Shown here: in pieces, positions 37,699-50,141 of the stretch | Position numbering within the stretch: the first letter of the stretch is position 1 | Layout: the number at the start of each line of letters is the position of its first letter | Source of the DNA: Spironucleus salmonicida | Taxonomy: Eukaryota | Direction: 5' to 3' | Assembly: GCF_000497125.1 (NCBI RefSeq) | Contig: NC_090596.1 | Coordinates: forward strand, 248,001 to 312,000 | DNA: 64,000 bases | The notes under the pieces: model-generated | The model's input: the letters and a program-made list of their open reading frames with translations, nothing else | Told to the model about the DNA's origin: nothing | Database searches by the model: none | Position numbers and translations under genes: made by a program

Positions 37699-40600
37699 TC
37701 ATTCAATTTCCTGCAAAATCTCCATCCCGCCGGTGCCTATTTTGAACGGATTCCCGAATATCAGGTCCTCCGAAATGTCGACGATGCAGCCTTCGTTTAC
37801 CCCGCGTGCGGAGGCGTCGTATAGGTACTGCCCCGTGCGCTCGAAGCTAGCCAGCAAGATCGTGCGCGACTTCTTGATCTCCTTGAGACCCTAGTTCGTG
37901 TAGCCCAAAATGCGTCCATAGCTTGTCATAAAGCTCGCAAGCAGGTCGACATGGAACCTACAGACATTCATTCCGTAGTCCTGGTACAGAATGAACACCT
38001 CGTCCGCAATCTGCTGTCTCGCTGCTTCGATCCCTAGGACTTCGCACAGGTCATGGATATTGCTCGTAAATGTCAGGTAAGGGTCGATTAGGTCTGAGTT
38101 CCAGATACTGAATACATTGTTCGAGGACTAGCTGAACATCATGTGAAGCTACTCTGGGGGCAGGACGTATGTGAAGCTTTTGTTGAAAGAAAGTTGATTT
38201 TCGAGGTAGAATTTGTACTTTTCTGTCTTAAGGAAGTCTCTCGTGTCAATGTTTACAATGCTAATATCGCAGCCTTCGAATCCCCAGACTACTATATTTT
38301 GTAGCTCCTCTAGATACTTCGCCAGGACGCTATTCATTTCTAGCTTAGATTTTTAAAAGTATATTCTTATTACATCATTTTGGAATTAGAAGTCGTCAGC
38401 ATTTTTGTTTTTAAGCTGTTTTTTAATGATTTTTGATAGATTTTCTGCGGAAATATCAATTGCTAGATCGTTTAAAATACATCTATTTAAAATAATAGAA
38501 ATTTAAACTTAAAAAGAGTTAATAATTTGTTTAATATCTGCAATTTAGTTTAATTTTAAAGGTTGGAACTAAGATTAGATAAATTTAGCTTGGTTGACAG
38601 ATAAAGGTGTTAAATCAGACGATTAAGATTCTTTTAAAGAATTATTTTTCGAATAAATTTCAAAAATCCCAGTTTTTGTTTTAGCAGCATTAAAAATAGA
38701 AATAAGTCTTGGTACACCAGAAATTTTACTAGCTAAACCTGCAAAATGGAATGTTTTAAGAGTCATCTGAGTCGTAGGCTCGCCTAACGCTTAACCTGCT
38801 ATCGCACCAGAAGGAGTACAAGGTGTCAAAGCTGGGCATAATAATGTGCGTTTAATGAAACTAGCAATGTGATCCATAGTTTCAGGAGTTTATAGAGATA
38901 AAATCTTTAGCTGAATCTTAGAAATATTTTAAATTAAAGATTTCACAATAGGAATATGTGATTTTGAAATTTTGCATGATAAAAAATCAAATACTTGTTT
39001 TTATATATTAATATATACTGATTCATCTTCTTCAACGGAAATTAATGATTCATTATTGGTAAATATATGTTGCTGTACGAAATAATCTAATTGAGTATTC
39101 ATATAGCTTTAAAAATTTTAGTTAAATATCTTATTGATGACATAGTCTTTTGCAATTTTTACTGGCTTCATAACTTCTGGGTTAAAAATAACAAATTTGT
39201 CCGAAACAACATTTTGATTCCAGTCAACAGTAACGGATTCTAAATTTTTTAAAAGCTTACGTTGGATATAACCCGTCTAAGCTGTTTTAATTGCAGTATC
39301 TATAACTCCTTCTCTCCCTGAAGTTGTATGAAACCAAAACTCGAATGGATTTAATCCAGAGAAAAAGGAATTCTAAATAAAACCAAATTAATATGGTGAA
39401 TGAATTTTTGCTGGAACAAAGTGCGGTGAAACACGATCTCCAAAATAACACTCAATCATTTTATTATTTACAGTTTATTATGAGAGAAGAGAAGTCATCT
39501 AAACTTGATTTATGATGGATCCTTTAGAACCAGATCTCGACATAACTAAAGTTGAATTATTATTTGCATTGGTGTAATGGAATAGATGATTATGTATATT
39601 ATTAGAGATTGTAGCTCTTAGATCTGATAAACTACTCATAATTTATGATTTAGTATTAATTTTCGTGCAATCAAACTATGGAATGATGTCATTATTTTTT
39701 ACAGAGCGTTTTAACAATTCTGGATACATCCATAAATATTCTATTTGAGAATACTTTTCATATCCTAATTTAATAAAAGATTATTCTACTAGGTCTAATT
39801 TCATATTATGTAATTAAGTGTCCTACCATATATCTTATATACCAATTGAAAATCCGGACGTCTACATAAACCTAAGAGCAATTCTTTAAAGAGAAAATTA
39901 TAAGTCTAAAACTTATGTTTTTACATTTTTAGAAGAATTGTAGCCGAGAAGCTCATTATTTGCTAAAGTAGTAAATATATTACCAAGTTACTTTTTATTC
40001 AAAGTTCCCGACATAATCTCTGAATTTTTAATAACAATATCAGAATTTGAAAACGAAAATGGGTTATTACTAGAATGATTTTTAATGATTTAAGAAATAA
40101 GTTGCTTCCCTGTAAATAAACTATGAGGATAGATGATAGCAGGTTAATCAATAAATTCTGATTCTTTAATAATATGATTCGTTTTACCATAAAATTTTTC
40201 ATAATATGATAGCTCATCGGTTTACTATAAAATTTCATTTATTTCTCGAATATCGTTTTTAGTGCAGTCACTTTAAGGCATATTGCCTAGATAATCACTT
40301 GATTCACCAATTGATTGCCAATCTACTAGTAATAATTATACATATTGTTAATGCTAAATAAAAACTTCTCTAGACATAATATATAACCCTGATATAGAAT
40401 CTTGCATTATATTCATTGATAAACTATTATTTGCAGTGTCAATAAGATTTTCTTCATGTTTAATTAATTCAGTAGCCTCCGTTAAAGCCTCATATAGTTA
40501 CGGATATTGAATATTCATCTCATCTCCATCAAAATCTGCTCCAAAGTTCGCACAATTCACAACATTAAACTTAAATGTTTTAAATGGATGAATTCTTGCC

Positions 40601-42132
40601 CTAAATAACTGAATACTAGTTTTATGTAACGAAGGTTATCTATTAAATAGTAAATAGTCTCCATTTTATAAATATCTATGTACAATATCACCTGGTTCTA
40701 CAGTATTCTTTGATACTTCTTTTTAAATAATCGAGGATGTCGGAATTGTCAGATATTTATAAGCTTATTATTATTAAAGCCTATTATTTATAGAGTTAAT
40801 ACTAATTTCATCCAATTCGTCTTAAAATTAAAACTATTCTTCTTATGCCGTATATTTTTTATTTCCATGAGAAAATACATACATAGCATTAGTTCTTGCA
40901 TTAGCACTTTTTCTAGTGTCAATAGTATAATTTCCATCTACTATATCAAAATTGATTTTACGGCCATCATCTTCTACATGTTTATAATTAAATGTAACCC
41001 AATCATATTAAATAGACCTATCTATTTAAGAACTAAACCGAACTCCTGAAAAAGCACCTTTCTTCTCGATTCTTTCTATCTAATCATTCTAAATCATGAT
41101 TTTTATTGATTCAATGTTTTCTGTTGTTACAATTTCTGGAAAAGTCAGTGTTCGAGAAACTGCATATGGAACACCTATTTCATCAACTTTTAAATTTGGA
41201 TCTGGGGAAATAACCGATCTTCCTGAAAAATTGACTCTTTTTCCAGAAAGATTTCCTCTAAATCTACCGTATTTTCCAGATAATCTAGCAATAATAGATC
41301 CTTTAAGTTTATCATCTACTTTTTTCTTATTCATATAATTAGACTTCACTTATTCTACAATTTCTTATTATTTATCTTGGCCTTCTAAATCAATTTTCTC
41401 TTCTCCTTAAATAATACTAAACATATTTTTTGGAGGATCGATACCAATCATCTTAGCAACTTCATTTTAAAGCTACTACCACGCAACAAATGATTTGTTT
41501 GTAGTTTAACCCGCCTTGATCGTCTAATTTAGCAAGCAAATTCTAGAAATTGAAGTAGTAAGCTCGTCCTCATTAGAACTTGAAATATCTATAGTGGAAC
41601 GAATAGAAGGTCTAGATGACGCGGAAGCGACAGGTAATACCTCTAAAATTATATCTTTAGGTCTATTTGGAGATTTAATAATATGTTACCACGATGCCTA
41701 ATCCTCTACATTAACATTGGAAAATATTCTAAGAGCATCTTACGGTGTCGTATATTATGTCTTATTAGGTCTTGAACGAAGCCCACAATGCTGACATGTG
41801 GCATGGTTAGTTGGTCTAGAACAGTGCCAACAGAGGAGCTCTAATAATAATTTTGCTTTTTACACATAAGCTGGATGGAATACCGGGAGTGCTAAAATGA
41901 TATGTCCAGTATGACCTGGACATATTCTCCAGGACTAATGACAAGTTGGGCAAAGTGCTCCTTATTTCTTCTATGAAAATCCTAAAGCTGGGTCTAAGGG
42001 CCCATTTTATACTGCTTCAGGATATGTTGTGTAGTATCCTGGTTAAAATATGTAAGCAGAACTTAACTTCAGTAAACTCTCAGTAGATAAAATTTCAAAG
42101 CTTGCACCCTTAATTCTAGCCTAAACAGACAT
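37699..42132 (-). CDS. RPC1: RNA polymerase III largest subunit (1477 aa)
   Basis: CPTC...[89 protein letters not shown] and TLKTFHFAG are Pol III-type; no CTD. Confidence 0.9.
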
Positions 42133-42194
42133 CGATTTAAAGTGAAAAATAATATACAATATACTATAACATAAATAATTACTTTCCGCTTAGA

Positions 42195-44336
42195 ATGGAA
42201 TATTTGGAGTTTGATTTAACAGCATAGTTGATTTGCTCACTATACGATGCCAAATGTAGATCATTAAAGATAGAAAATACTGAATAACTTCGATTACGAT
42301 TTGTACATTAAATCTAGTCTCACCTACCTAAAGGTATTTTAGATATTTCGAGCCAAAAACTGACAAAAATGTGCGCTCCAGCAATTGTTAAACTTCTCTC
42401 CCATCTTAGCACTTAAATAACTACCCTCATCCTCGATGATAACCCTCTTGAAGATGCTGGTATTATATCACTCACAACATGTCAAACTGTTCTGGACAAA
42501 ATAACAACAATCTCGCTAGTATCAGTAGGGTTATCACCAGAGGGCTGCATTGAATTTTTATCAAGTTTTGCTACTAATTCTTATATTAGATCATTAAACC
42601 TTGGTTCAAATCCTGCTGCTCAAAAGCGAAACCGTTTCAATGAACCAGCATGTAAATTCTTGGGATAATTCTTTGTCTAAATGTAAAATCTTGAAGAAAT
42701 AAATTTCTAAAACAGCCAATTACGTGCAACAAACGGCTACGCTCTTTTCAAGTTTGTTGCGCGTGAGTGTGCTCTCAAACGTATAAACTTAGCAAATACA
42801 GGTGTCAATAATTAGGCTATCAAGTAACTTTGCACTGTGAATGCACGAAATTTTCCGTTTCTTGAAATGCTAGATTTAAGTGGAAATCAGACATTGACTG
42901 GCGATGCATGTCTTGATATAGCAAATTTGATCATGTTTTAGAGGCGTTTTCATGAGCTTTATATCAAAGACTGTACTGGATTGTAGGAGTAGATGAAGGT
43001 TATTTTTGAGGCGCTAGGTTATGGATCTGCTGAGTAATTAGCTGAATAAGAAGCATTCAAGCGCCGAAATGCAGTTAGGGAGGAATAAAGAAATAAAATG
43101 CTATGTGATTTGCATTTTGGTATTAGGAATTTAATTTAAACTGGAAAAGTTATTTAAGGTGATGAAATTCCAAAAAAAGTTGTTTAACAAGAGTAAAATT
43201 TACCTTTGACAGAAAAAACATGTGCAATTACACATTTAGATTTAACAAATTTAAAAATTTCAGCTTAGAATTTGTAGATTTTCGCAGATTCATTAAAAGA
43301 AAATCAATCTCTTCAAGTGTGTAAACTTGAAAATTGTTTTATAGATTTAAATAGAATTGACGCAAAAAATGAAATTGAATTTCATGTTCCATTCTAAAAT
43401 TTTTGTGAGGCGATTTTTGATCATTCGAAAATCAAGTTTTTGAATTTGTCAAAAAATAGTATATTAGATATTGGAGCATAATATTTATTCAAAGTTATAC
43501 AAATTGGTAGCCTAAAGACACTCAACTTAAACTATTGTAGAATTTAAAATGATGGCATGGTAAACATTGCAAAAGGGCTTGGAAGTGCTAAAAATATTGA
43601 AAAACTATATATTGCAGGAAATAATTGTGATGATATTGCGGGGTAAGCACTTTTTACAAACTTATAAAATTATTAAAAATTAAAACTTCTAGACATCAGT
43701 TTGAATAAGATTAGTTTCTAATTTAGTGAAAAAATCTAATAATTAATCAAATCTAATATTGAATAAAGCTGCAGCGAAATATATTAATCTCTAATGATAT
43801 AAGTTAATTAGTTCGAGAAATCAATTAATGAGCTAAATTTCATAGATGTGGAGACGATTAAACATAGGTAAGAATATAATGATCTACTTATATAAGTGAA
43901 AAATTTAAGTATAGAAATGGTGGATCTTCATAAGAATTGTGAAGAATAGCTAAAAAATGAGCACAATAAGCTTGAAGATTTACGAGTAAAGTTGGGTTAA
44001 AAAGAAGGTGAGTTAGGAAATAGAACCATCAAAGTTAATGAAATTTAAACACGATTAGATCAAGATTTTGCTATTTGTGAGTAGAAAAAACGAATTATAA
44101 GAGAGAAAACAATGGTTATTCAAACACAAATTGAAGAATTAGAAGAAGTGGAAAAAGCAGTGGTCAATGACGAGCTTATTTCGCTATAAGCATAGTTAGA
44201 AAAGAAGAGAAAAGAAAAAATTACGCTAGAAAAGGACTGTGTTGGGACGCTAGCCTAACTAGCAGCATGTGAGGCAATTTTAGTAAAGGAAAATTTAATT
44301 ACAATAATTCAGAGTAAAAAAGGTATAAGGAAGTGA
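42195..44336 (+). CDS. RI-like LRR protein with C-terminal coiled coil (713 aa)
   Basis: LILDDNPLEDAGI, LDLSGN, LNLSKNSILDIGA, LYIAGNNCDDIAG; E/K-rich tail; ends AAGTGA. Confidence 0.8.
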
Positions 44337-44339
44337 AAA

Positions 44340-45419
44340 TCATTATTATTTCACGATTCCAACCCCAATCTTTGGACTTAGCGACAGCTCATGAGTACCG
44401 GTGATGAATTTAATTTCGTTTTCGGTAAAGAAAACGTCATCAATAGGATTTTAAAATATTGTCGGAATTGGAACTGAAGTAGCTAATGGTTTACTGAAAA
44501 CATGAGTTAAATTATTAAACTAACCAGCAGCGATGATCCCAAATTCTGTAGCAATAACAGCGCGGTACTACCCTTTTGGGAGGAGGAACAATCTAGCCTG
44601 AAAGAGATTCGCTATGCTTTCACTAGTTTATGCCTATGACAGCTCAGTTAGAAGTGGAAAAGTTAGATGAGTACATTTATTCTTGCCACCAGTCGCGATT
44701 GTGTTCTTATATCCCCGTGCACGGTACCAGAATGCATCCCGATTCGCAATTTTGATGCCGAAAATTATATGATTTTAGTAATGATATTCTTTAAATAGCT
44801 CCATTTAAGTGTTGTAAGCATTAAGATAAATAACAGCGAATCCCAGATTTGGCATGTGCGATACTATAATATTATGATAAGAATATACTGAGTCAATTGG
44901 ATACAGCATTCTAATTAGATTTTATTCTTTATATACAAATTTAATTCCAGGTTATTTGTTTATTGTACTCCAAAATTTGATTTACCCATCCATACCGACC
45001 GAAACTATTTGATCATTAAATATAATTATATCAACACAAGTTTCATGTGCATTATGAATAATTATGTATATAGATTTATCCTTAAATATTTTTATTGCTG
45101 ATTCAGGGGCACCTGAACCTGATATAATAACATTTTTATCTTAAAAACATGTTATTGCATTAACAGGTCCACCATGTGATACTAATGTATCCATAATCTG
45201 TTAAAGCTTGTAGTCTATTATATATATTTATTAGAACTTCCCAGCTGTTATAATAGTGTCATTTTAAATACAGCATGAGTACAATTCATCTTACATTTTA
45301 AATGACTAAATAACATGCAAATCTTATTTTATTAGATATATACTTTTCTTGCCAACTAAAATATACTGATTATCATGACGTTGTATATCCCATATTTCCT
45401 AACAGTCCAATTTTAGCAT
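44340..45419 (-). CDS. WD40 protein, EED/ESC/FIE (PRC2)-like (359 aa; alternative start 45527)
   Basis: Colinear matches to EED: VIQSFKMQDELYSC, ITAGKFQQIYIIDY, LVSHGGPVNAI, IVSVGMDGQIKFWS, YPIDSVYSYHNIIVS, DAFWYR. Confidence 0.65.
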
Positions 45420-45476
45420 ACAAAGAGGCTTGTAATATTTAGTATATAATTTTAAATAATATTATTTTACTTGAGA
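45420..45476. promoter_or_regulatory. Compact bidirectional AT-rich promoter (representative)
   Basis: 57-bp spacer between divergent ATGs containing TATATAAT; similar TATTATATA/TATATAATA elements precede many ATGs in the window. Confidence 0.5.
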
Positions 45477-46052
45477 ATGGATCTTTTGAAATTTACATTG
45501 AATGAGATTGAAGAATTTATAATGCATAAAATTAGATCACTTTATTTACAGCCAGGTGGTCTTAAAGAGCACTACCTGTTATTATTTACTACTGATAAGA
45601 TGACCTCAATTTTAGTTAAATAAGAAAGTTTAGCACATGTTATGATGCATGCTGTTTCGCAAAGATTAGCAGAAAGAGTACCAGTATTAGAAGCCATATG
45701 TATTGTTGCCGATGGATATTCATAGATGCCCGAAAACATAAAAACATGTAAAATCATTTTATATTTGAAGAAAGCAAGTTATGTTAGAACATACCGCGTT
45801 GATTTTAACGATTCTCATAAGATGATTCTTAATGAAATCTAAGAACATTGGTTTAAACCTGACGAACTCCCTTGTGGTTTTAGTAATCCTTTTAATAGTT
45901 AGGAATTAGCATCAAAAGTTCCTAAAGTGGATTTAGAGATTATTTACAAGTAAATTAGCAAAGAGTTTGCTAAAGATAGAAAAAAGCAGTCAAAATAGAT
46001 GAAAAAATAAATTGAAAGTGCCAATCCAGCACCTACTGAAAATATTGAATGA
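45477..46052 (+). CDS. Hypothetical protein (191 aa)
   Basis: MDLLKFTLNEIEEF...APTENIE*; globular-looking composition. Confidence 0.7.
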
Positions 46053-46057
46053 AAAAA

Positions 46058-47065
46058 TCATTTTTTTACAGCAAAAATTACACTTATATTATCGCTGCTC
46101 TTAAGCAAATAAGCTGCACATACAAAAGCCTATGCTACTGTATGTTCAAACTGTAATTATTCTTTGTAATTGCAAGACATTTTAGCTATATCCGTCATAT
46201 CGATTTTTTTATAAAAGAAATCAATAACTATTTATGAATTTCTTCTTGTAGAAGTGTTAATATTTTATAATAGACACTCAATAGCCTCTCTTACATCTTC
46301 ATTATCCATTACATCAAATAATCCATCACATGCAATTAAAATCCAATCAGTACTCAATTCATCTATTTCTATAATATCAATTAGACCACAAACACCATAA
46401 ATTTTCATAGCTTTATCACCTATTGCTCTACTTACAGCTAATTGAGCATTTACTCGACCATTCATGACAATTCCACCGTAGCGTTCAATTCTATCTTTTT
46501 CAAATGGGTCTGTAGGTTTATGATCACATGTCGTGTTGTTTTAAGTAAGAACTCTAGCATCTCCTGCATTGCAAAGATAGAATTTAGAATTTTTCTTTAT
46601 TATGAACGCGAGTGTAGCTCCACTTTCTGAACATATATCAGGAAGGTCATGATCTAGGTTTAATATACCCAATTTTAAATCAGTTATTACATTACCAGTT
46701 TCATAATACTCCACATATTGTAATATCATACTTGCTCCTATACTTGCAGTTTCTGAACCTCCATGACCGTCTAAAATAACTAATATTTTATTGGTAATAA
46801 CATGTGAATCTTCGTTAGAATTTCTTCTCCCAATTGCAGTATGATGTCCTACGGACATTTACAAATCTTCAAGAGATTATTATGGCTATATTGAAATTTA
46901 CTTATTAATAGTATCTAATTCACATTGAAGTTTATTTTTTATTTATTCAGATCTCTCAACTTATAATTTTTTCCTACCATATACTTCATGCAATTTTTTA
47001 TATAATTATTCAGTCCTTTTTGCTTATTATTCAAATTCAGACTCATTGTAAAATTTGATTTCCAT
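46058..47065 (-). CDS. Protein phosphatase 2C (335 aa)
   Basis: GRRNSNEDSH, LDGHGG, SGAT, NAGDAR, DHKP, LAVSRAIGD, ACDGLFDV, SSDNIS. Confidence 0.92.
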
Positions 47066-47894
47066 TTTTTAATAATAAAAATTATTAATACGATATAAAA
47101 ACTTTAAAAGTTAAATTAATAGAATATACAAACTTAAATATAATATATATCTTATTACTTAGTTTAAGCTTTCTAATTAAACGGGTTAAAATTATATATG
47201 CATACAATGTATTATATATTTAATTTCCTTTGACCTAATAAAAATACTTTTATTTTGATTCTTATATCAATGTTGTCTTCAAAGTATTTTGGTTATAGTA
47301 AGAAACCATTTATTACTCAATAAAAAATATCAATGATAATGAATAACTCTGTATTAATGTTCTGTTATATGTTATTATCACTAAATTAATGTAATTGTTA
47401 TTAGTAATTTATCTAAATTTCTTTTTGATGATAATATATATTCAAACTTTATTATTACTGATTTTACTCCCCGACTAAAATGAGAGATAGATCAAGGTTA
47501 TCTTATATTAGAGTGTGTTCTAAATAGAATAAAAAGGTGCTGCTCAAAATCCAATTTAAATTTAAATAGTAATCAATCTGTAATGTATGTATTGTATATG
47601 ACATAAATAAAATTTATGCTACTAATATTACAACAATATTAGTGATTTATTCCTAGTTTTAATAAGCGTAAAAATATATAATAAATGATATATTTGTAAG
47701 TAATATGGTCAATAAAGTGAAAGTTATTTGATACTCTCAAAATTGGTAATATTTATGATGCTAAAATACTAATCTACTAATAACTTCACTGAGAATATTA
47801 ACATTTTAATAAGCTGCAATTTTGCTATTGTTTGCTTCCTCAAAAAAAGACTAACATATTATAACATATTAATATAATATATTGCTTTTATAAA

Positions 47895-50141
47895 ATGCAC
47901 TAAAATAAATTCTAGAGACTTTAACATGTACTACTTCCAAAGTAATATGTTCCACCATTACATTTTGAAGAATTTTTACATAAACTTATGCAAATGTTAG
48001 GTTTTACTGAGAGTCCAGTGTCCTACGCATGTCAAATGTATTATGAACGAGTTATGGAATAAATTGCAAGGGCACTGTCATAAATTGAAGTATTAAAAGA
48101 GTAATTAATAGAATTAACATGTAAATAATAAAAATAATAACAAGTGCATGTGTTTAAAAGCGACTCTTAGATGTCATAGTTATCATCTAAAAATAACGAT
48201 ATTAATTTACAACTTTACAGTTTATAGCTTATAAATACTCGATAATAAAAAATAGTGAATGAGTACTATATCTTAACAGATGATTTTACTTAGCTAAAAA
48301 CTAGATTTTTATAGGAAACTGATAAAAATTTAGTATTAGAAAATCTGATTAAGATTCTTCAAACGAGACTAGATAATTCTATTTTTGAGAAAATTAGATT
48401 AAATGATAATTTAAAAGAATTAGAGAATTAGTATTTAGTTTATCAGAAATAAAAAATAACTGAAACTGAACAACTGCAAACATCATTTAATACATCAATT
48501 ACTCAGCTTACTTAAAAAGTTACTAGTTTAAATTTACTTAATTAATAAACTGCATAGTTAACAAGAAACTAATCATCATAAAATATTCATATGGAAGCTG
48601 AAATAAAGAACTTAAAAGATAATTTAGACTAAGCATACTTTGAAAATGAAAACTTACTGAAATAAGTTTAATTTAAATAAGACGAAATGGATGCAGTATA
48701 AGGAACTGACTCTGCTGTAGCTTTTAGAAAATTAAAAAAACATTTAAATGACACATGTAAGATAAAAGATGATTAGATTTTGAAACTATAAGAATAGTAT
48801 AAGATGTTTAAAACTGCAAAGGAAAATGATGTATATATTTTATAATAAGCGGCTATTAATAACAATAAGCTTATTGTTGAACTTTAAAAATAAATATAAA
48901 TAGTAAGTTAACGAAACTAGTAATTAGAAGAAACACTTTATGTATTATAATAAGATAAAAAATAATTTTTGGAAAATGAATCTAAATTATTATAAGATTA
49001 ATTTAGCATTTAATTGGATAAGTTTATCTAAGAAAAAGATGAATTATAATAAAATTATGAAAAATAAATTGAAGACCAAGTCATAAAAATTGACTTTCTT
49101 TATCAATAATTAGAGAACTTAAAATTATCAAAAAAACACCTTATATCAATGTACGAAGGAAATGATGATTTTGTAGATATAAATACTAAACTAGACACAA
49201 CATAAACATAGGTATTAATATTGTCAAAATTTTTAGAAGATAAAAATTAGGAGATAGATAGCTTGATTTAAGGTAAGGATGATTTGCATGAAAAATATTA
49301 AAAATTGCAAATCCGATTTGATGAAGTTTCAAGAAGAATAAGTTATCAAAATAAGAATAAGGAAATAGTAAAAGATTTGGAAAGTCAAATATCTAGTTTA
49401 TGTCTTGAAAGACTATAAAATAAACAAAGATATAACATTTATGATGCTTAATAATAGGAAATTATTAAATAGTAGCGTCTAAAATTAATTAAATTAGAAG
49501 AAGAGGAAATTATTATGAAAGAAACAGCTGAAAATGCCATCAAATATAGAAAATTATACGAAGAATTTTATTCTTTAGATCAATAAAATAAGTAACAAAT
49601 AAGTTTATTAAAAGAAAAAATTGATCATTTATTAAAACAAAATTCACAGTAATAAGCAGAAATAAATGTATTGACTTTTAATTCAGATTTACTATTAAAA
49701 GAAAAGACAGAAGATTTAGAAAATCAAATAATATTATTCAACAATCTACTTTCAGAGTCTAACAATGAATTATAAGGTAGAAGAAAATAGTATGAAGAAG
49801 TTTAAAAACAACTAGAGCAAAGTAATCTAAAAATTTAAAACTTAAACTAGCAGTTAGGCTCAGTTGAACTTCATATTTAGTAGGATAAAAATGAAAATAT
49901 TCTTTAGTAAAAGACTAATTAAATCAACCTTAAAAAATTAGAGAGGGAATGCTAGGACTTAAAGATAAAGTTAAAGACCAAATAATTATATAAATCTGAT
50001 ACTATACTTGATATAGATGATGAAGCTATTTTTAAGTTGGTATGCTTCGTATAAACATTAATGGTTTACTATTCAATTTAAACAAATGATATCGAGTCAG
50101 TATTAATGGGGATTATGAGCTAGATATCACAAAAATTTTGA
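47895..50141 (+). CDS. Long coiled-coil protein (748 aa)
   Basis: MHQNKFQRLQH...SQISQKF*; Q/E/K-rich heptads through most of its length. Confidence 0.7.

Noticed and set aside
37100-38400. Horizontally transferred island or contamination
   Set aside because: The GC-rich DNA encodes in-frame 3' parts of native genes and still uses TAA/TAG as Gln
40700-41080. Intein or intron in RPC1
   Set aside because: Frame is continuous and no intein C/S...HN boundary or splice/branch consensus was recognised
45522-45527. ATGCAT palindrome giving overlapping start codons for both divergent genes
   Set aside because: Starts at 45419 (minus) and 45477 (plus) flank a typical AT-rich promoter and fit EED homology better
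47426-47461. C/D-box snoRNA (TGATGA...CTGA)
   Set aside because: Only ~36 nt, no terminal stem, expected by chance in AT-rich DNA
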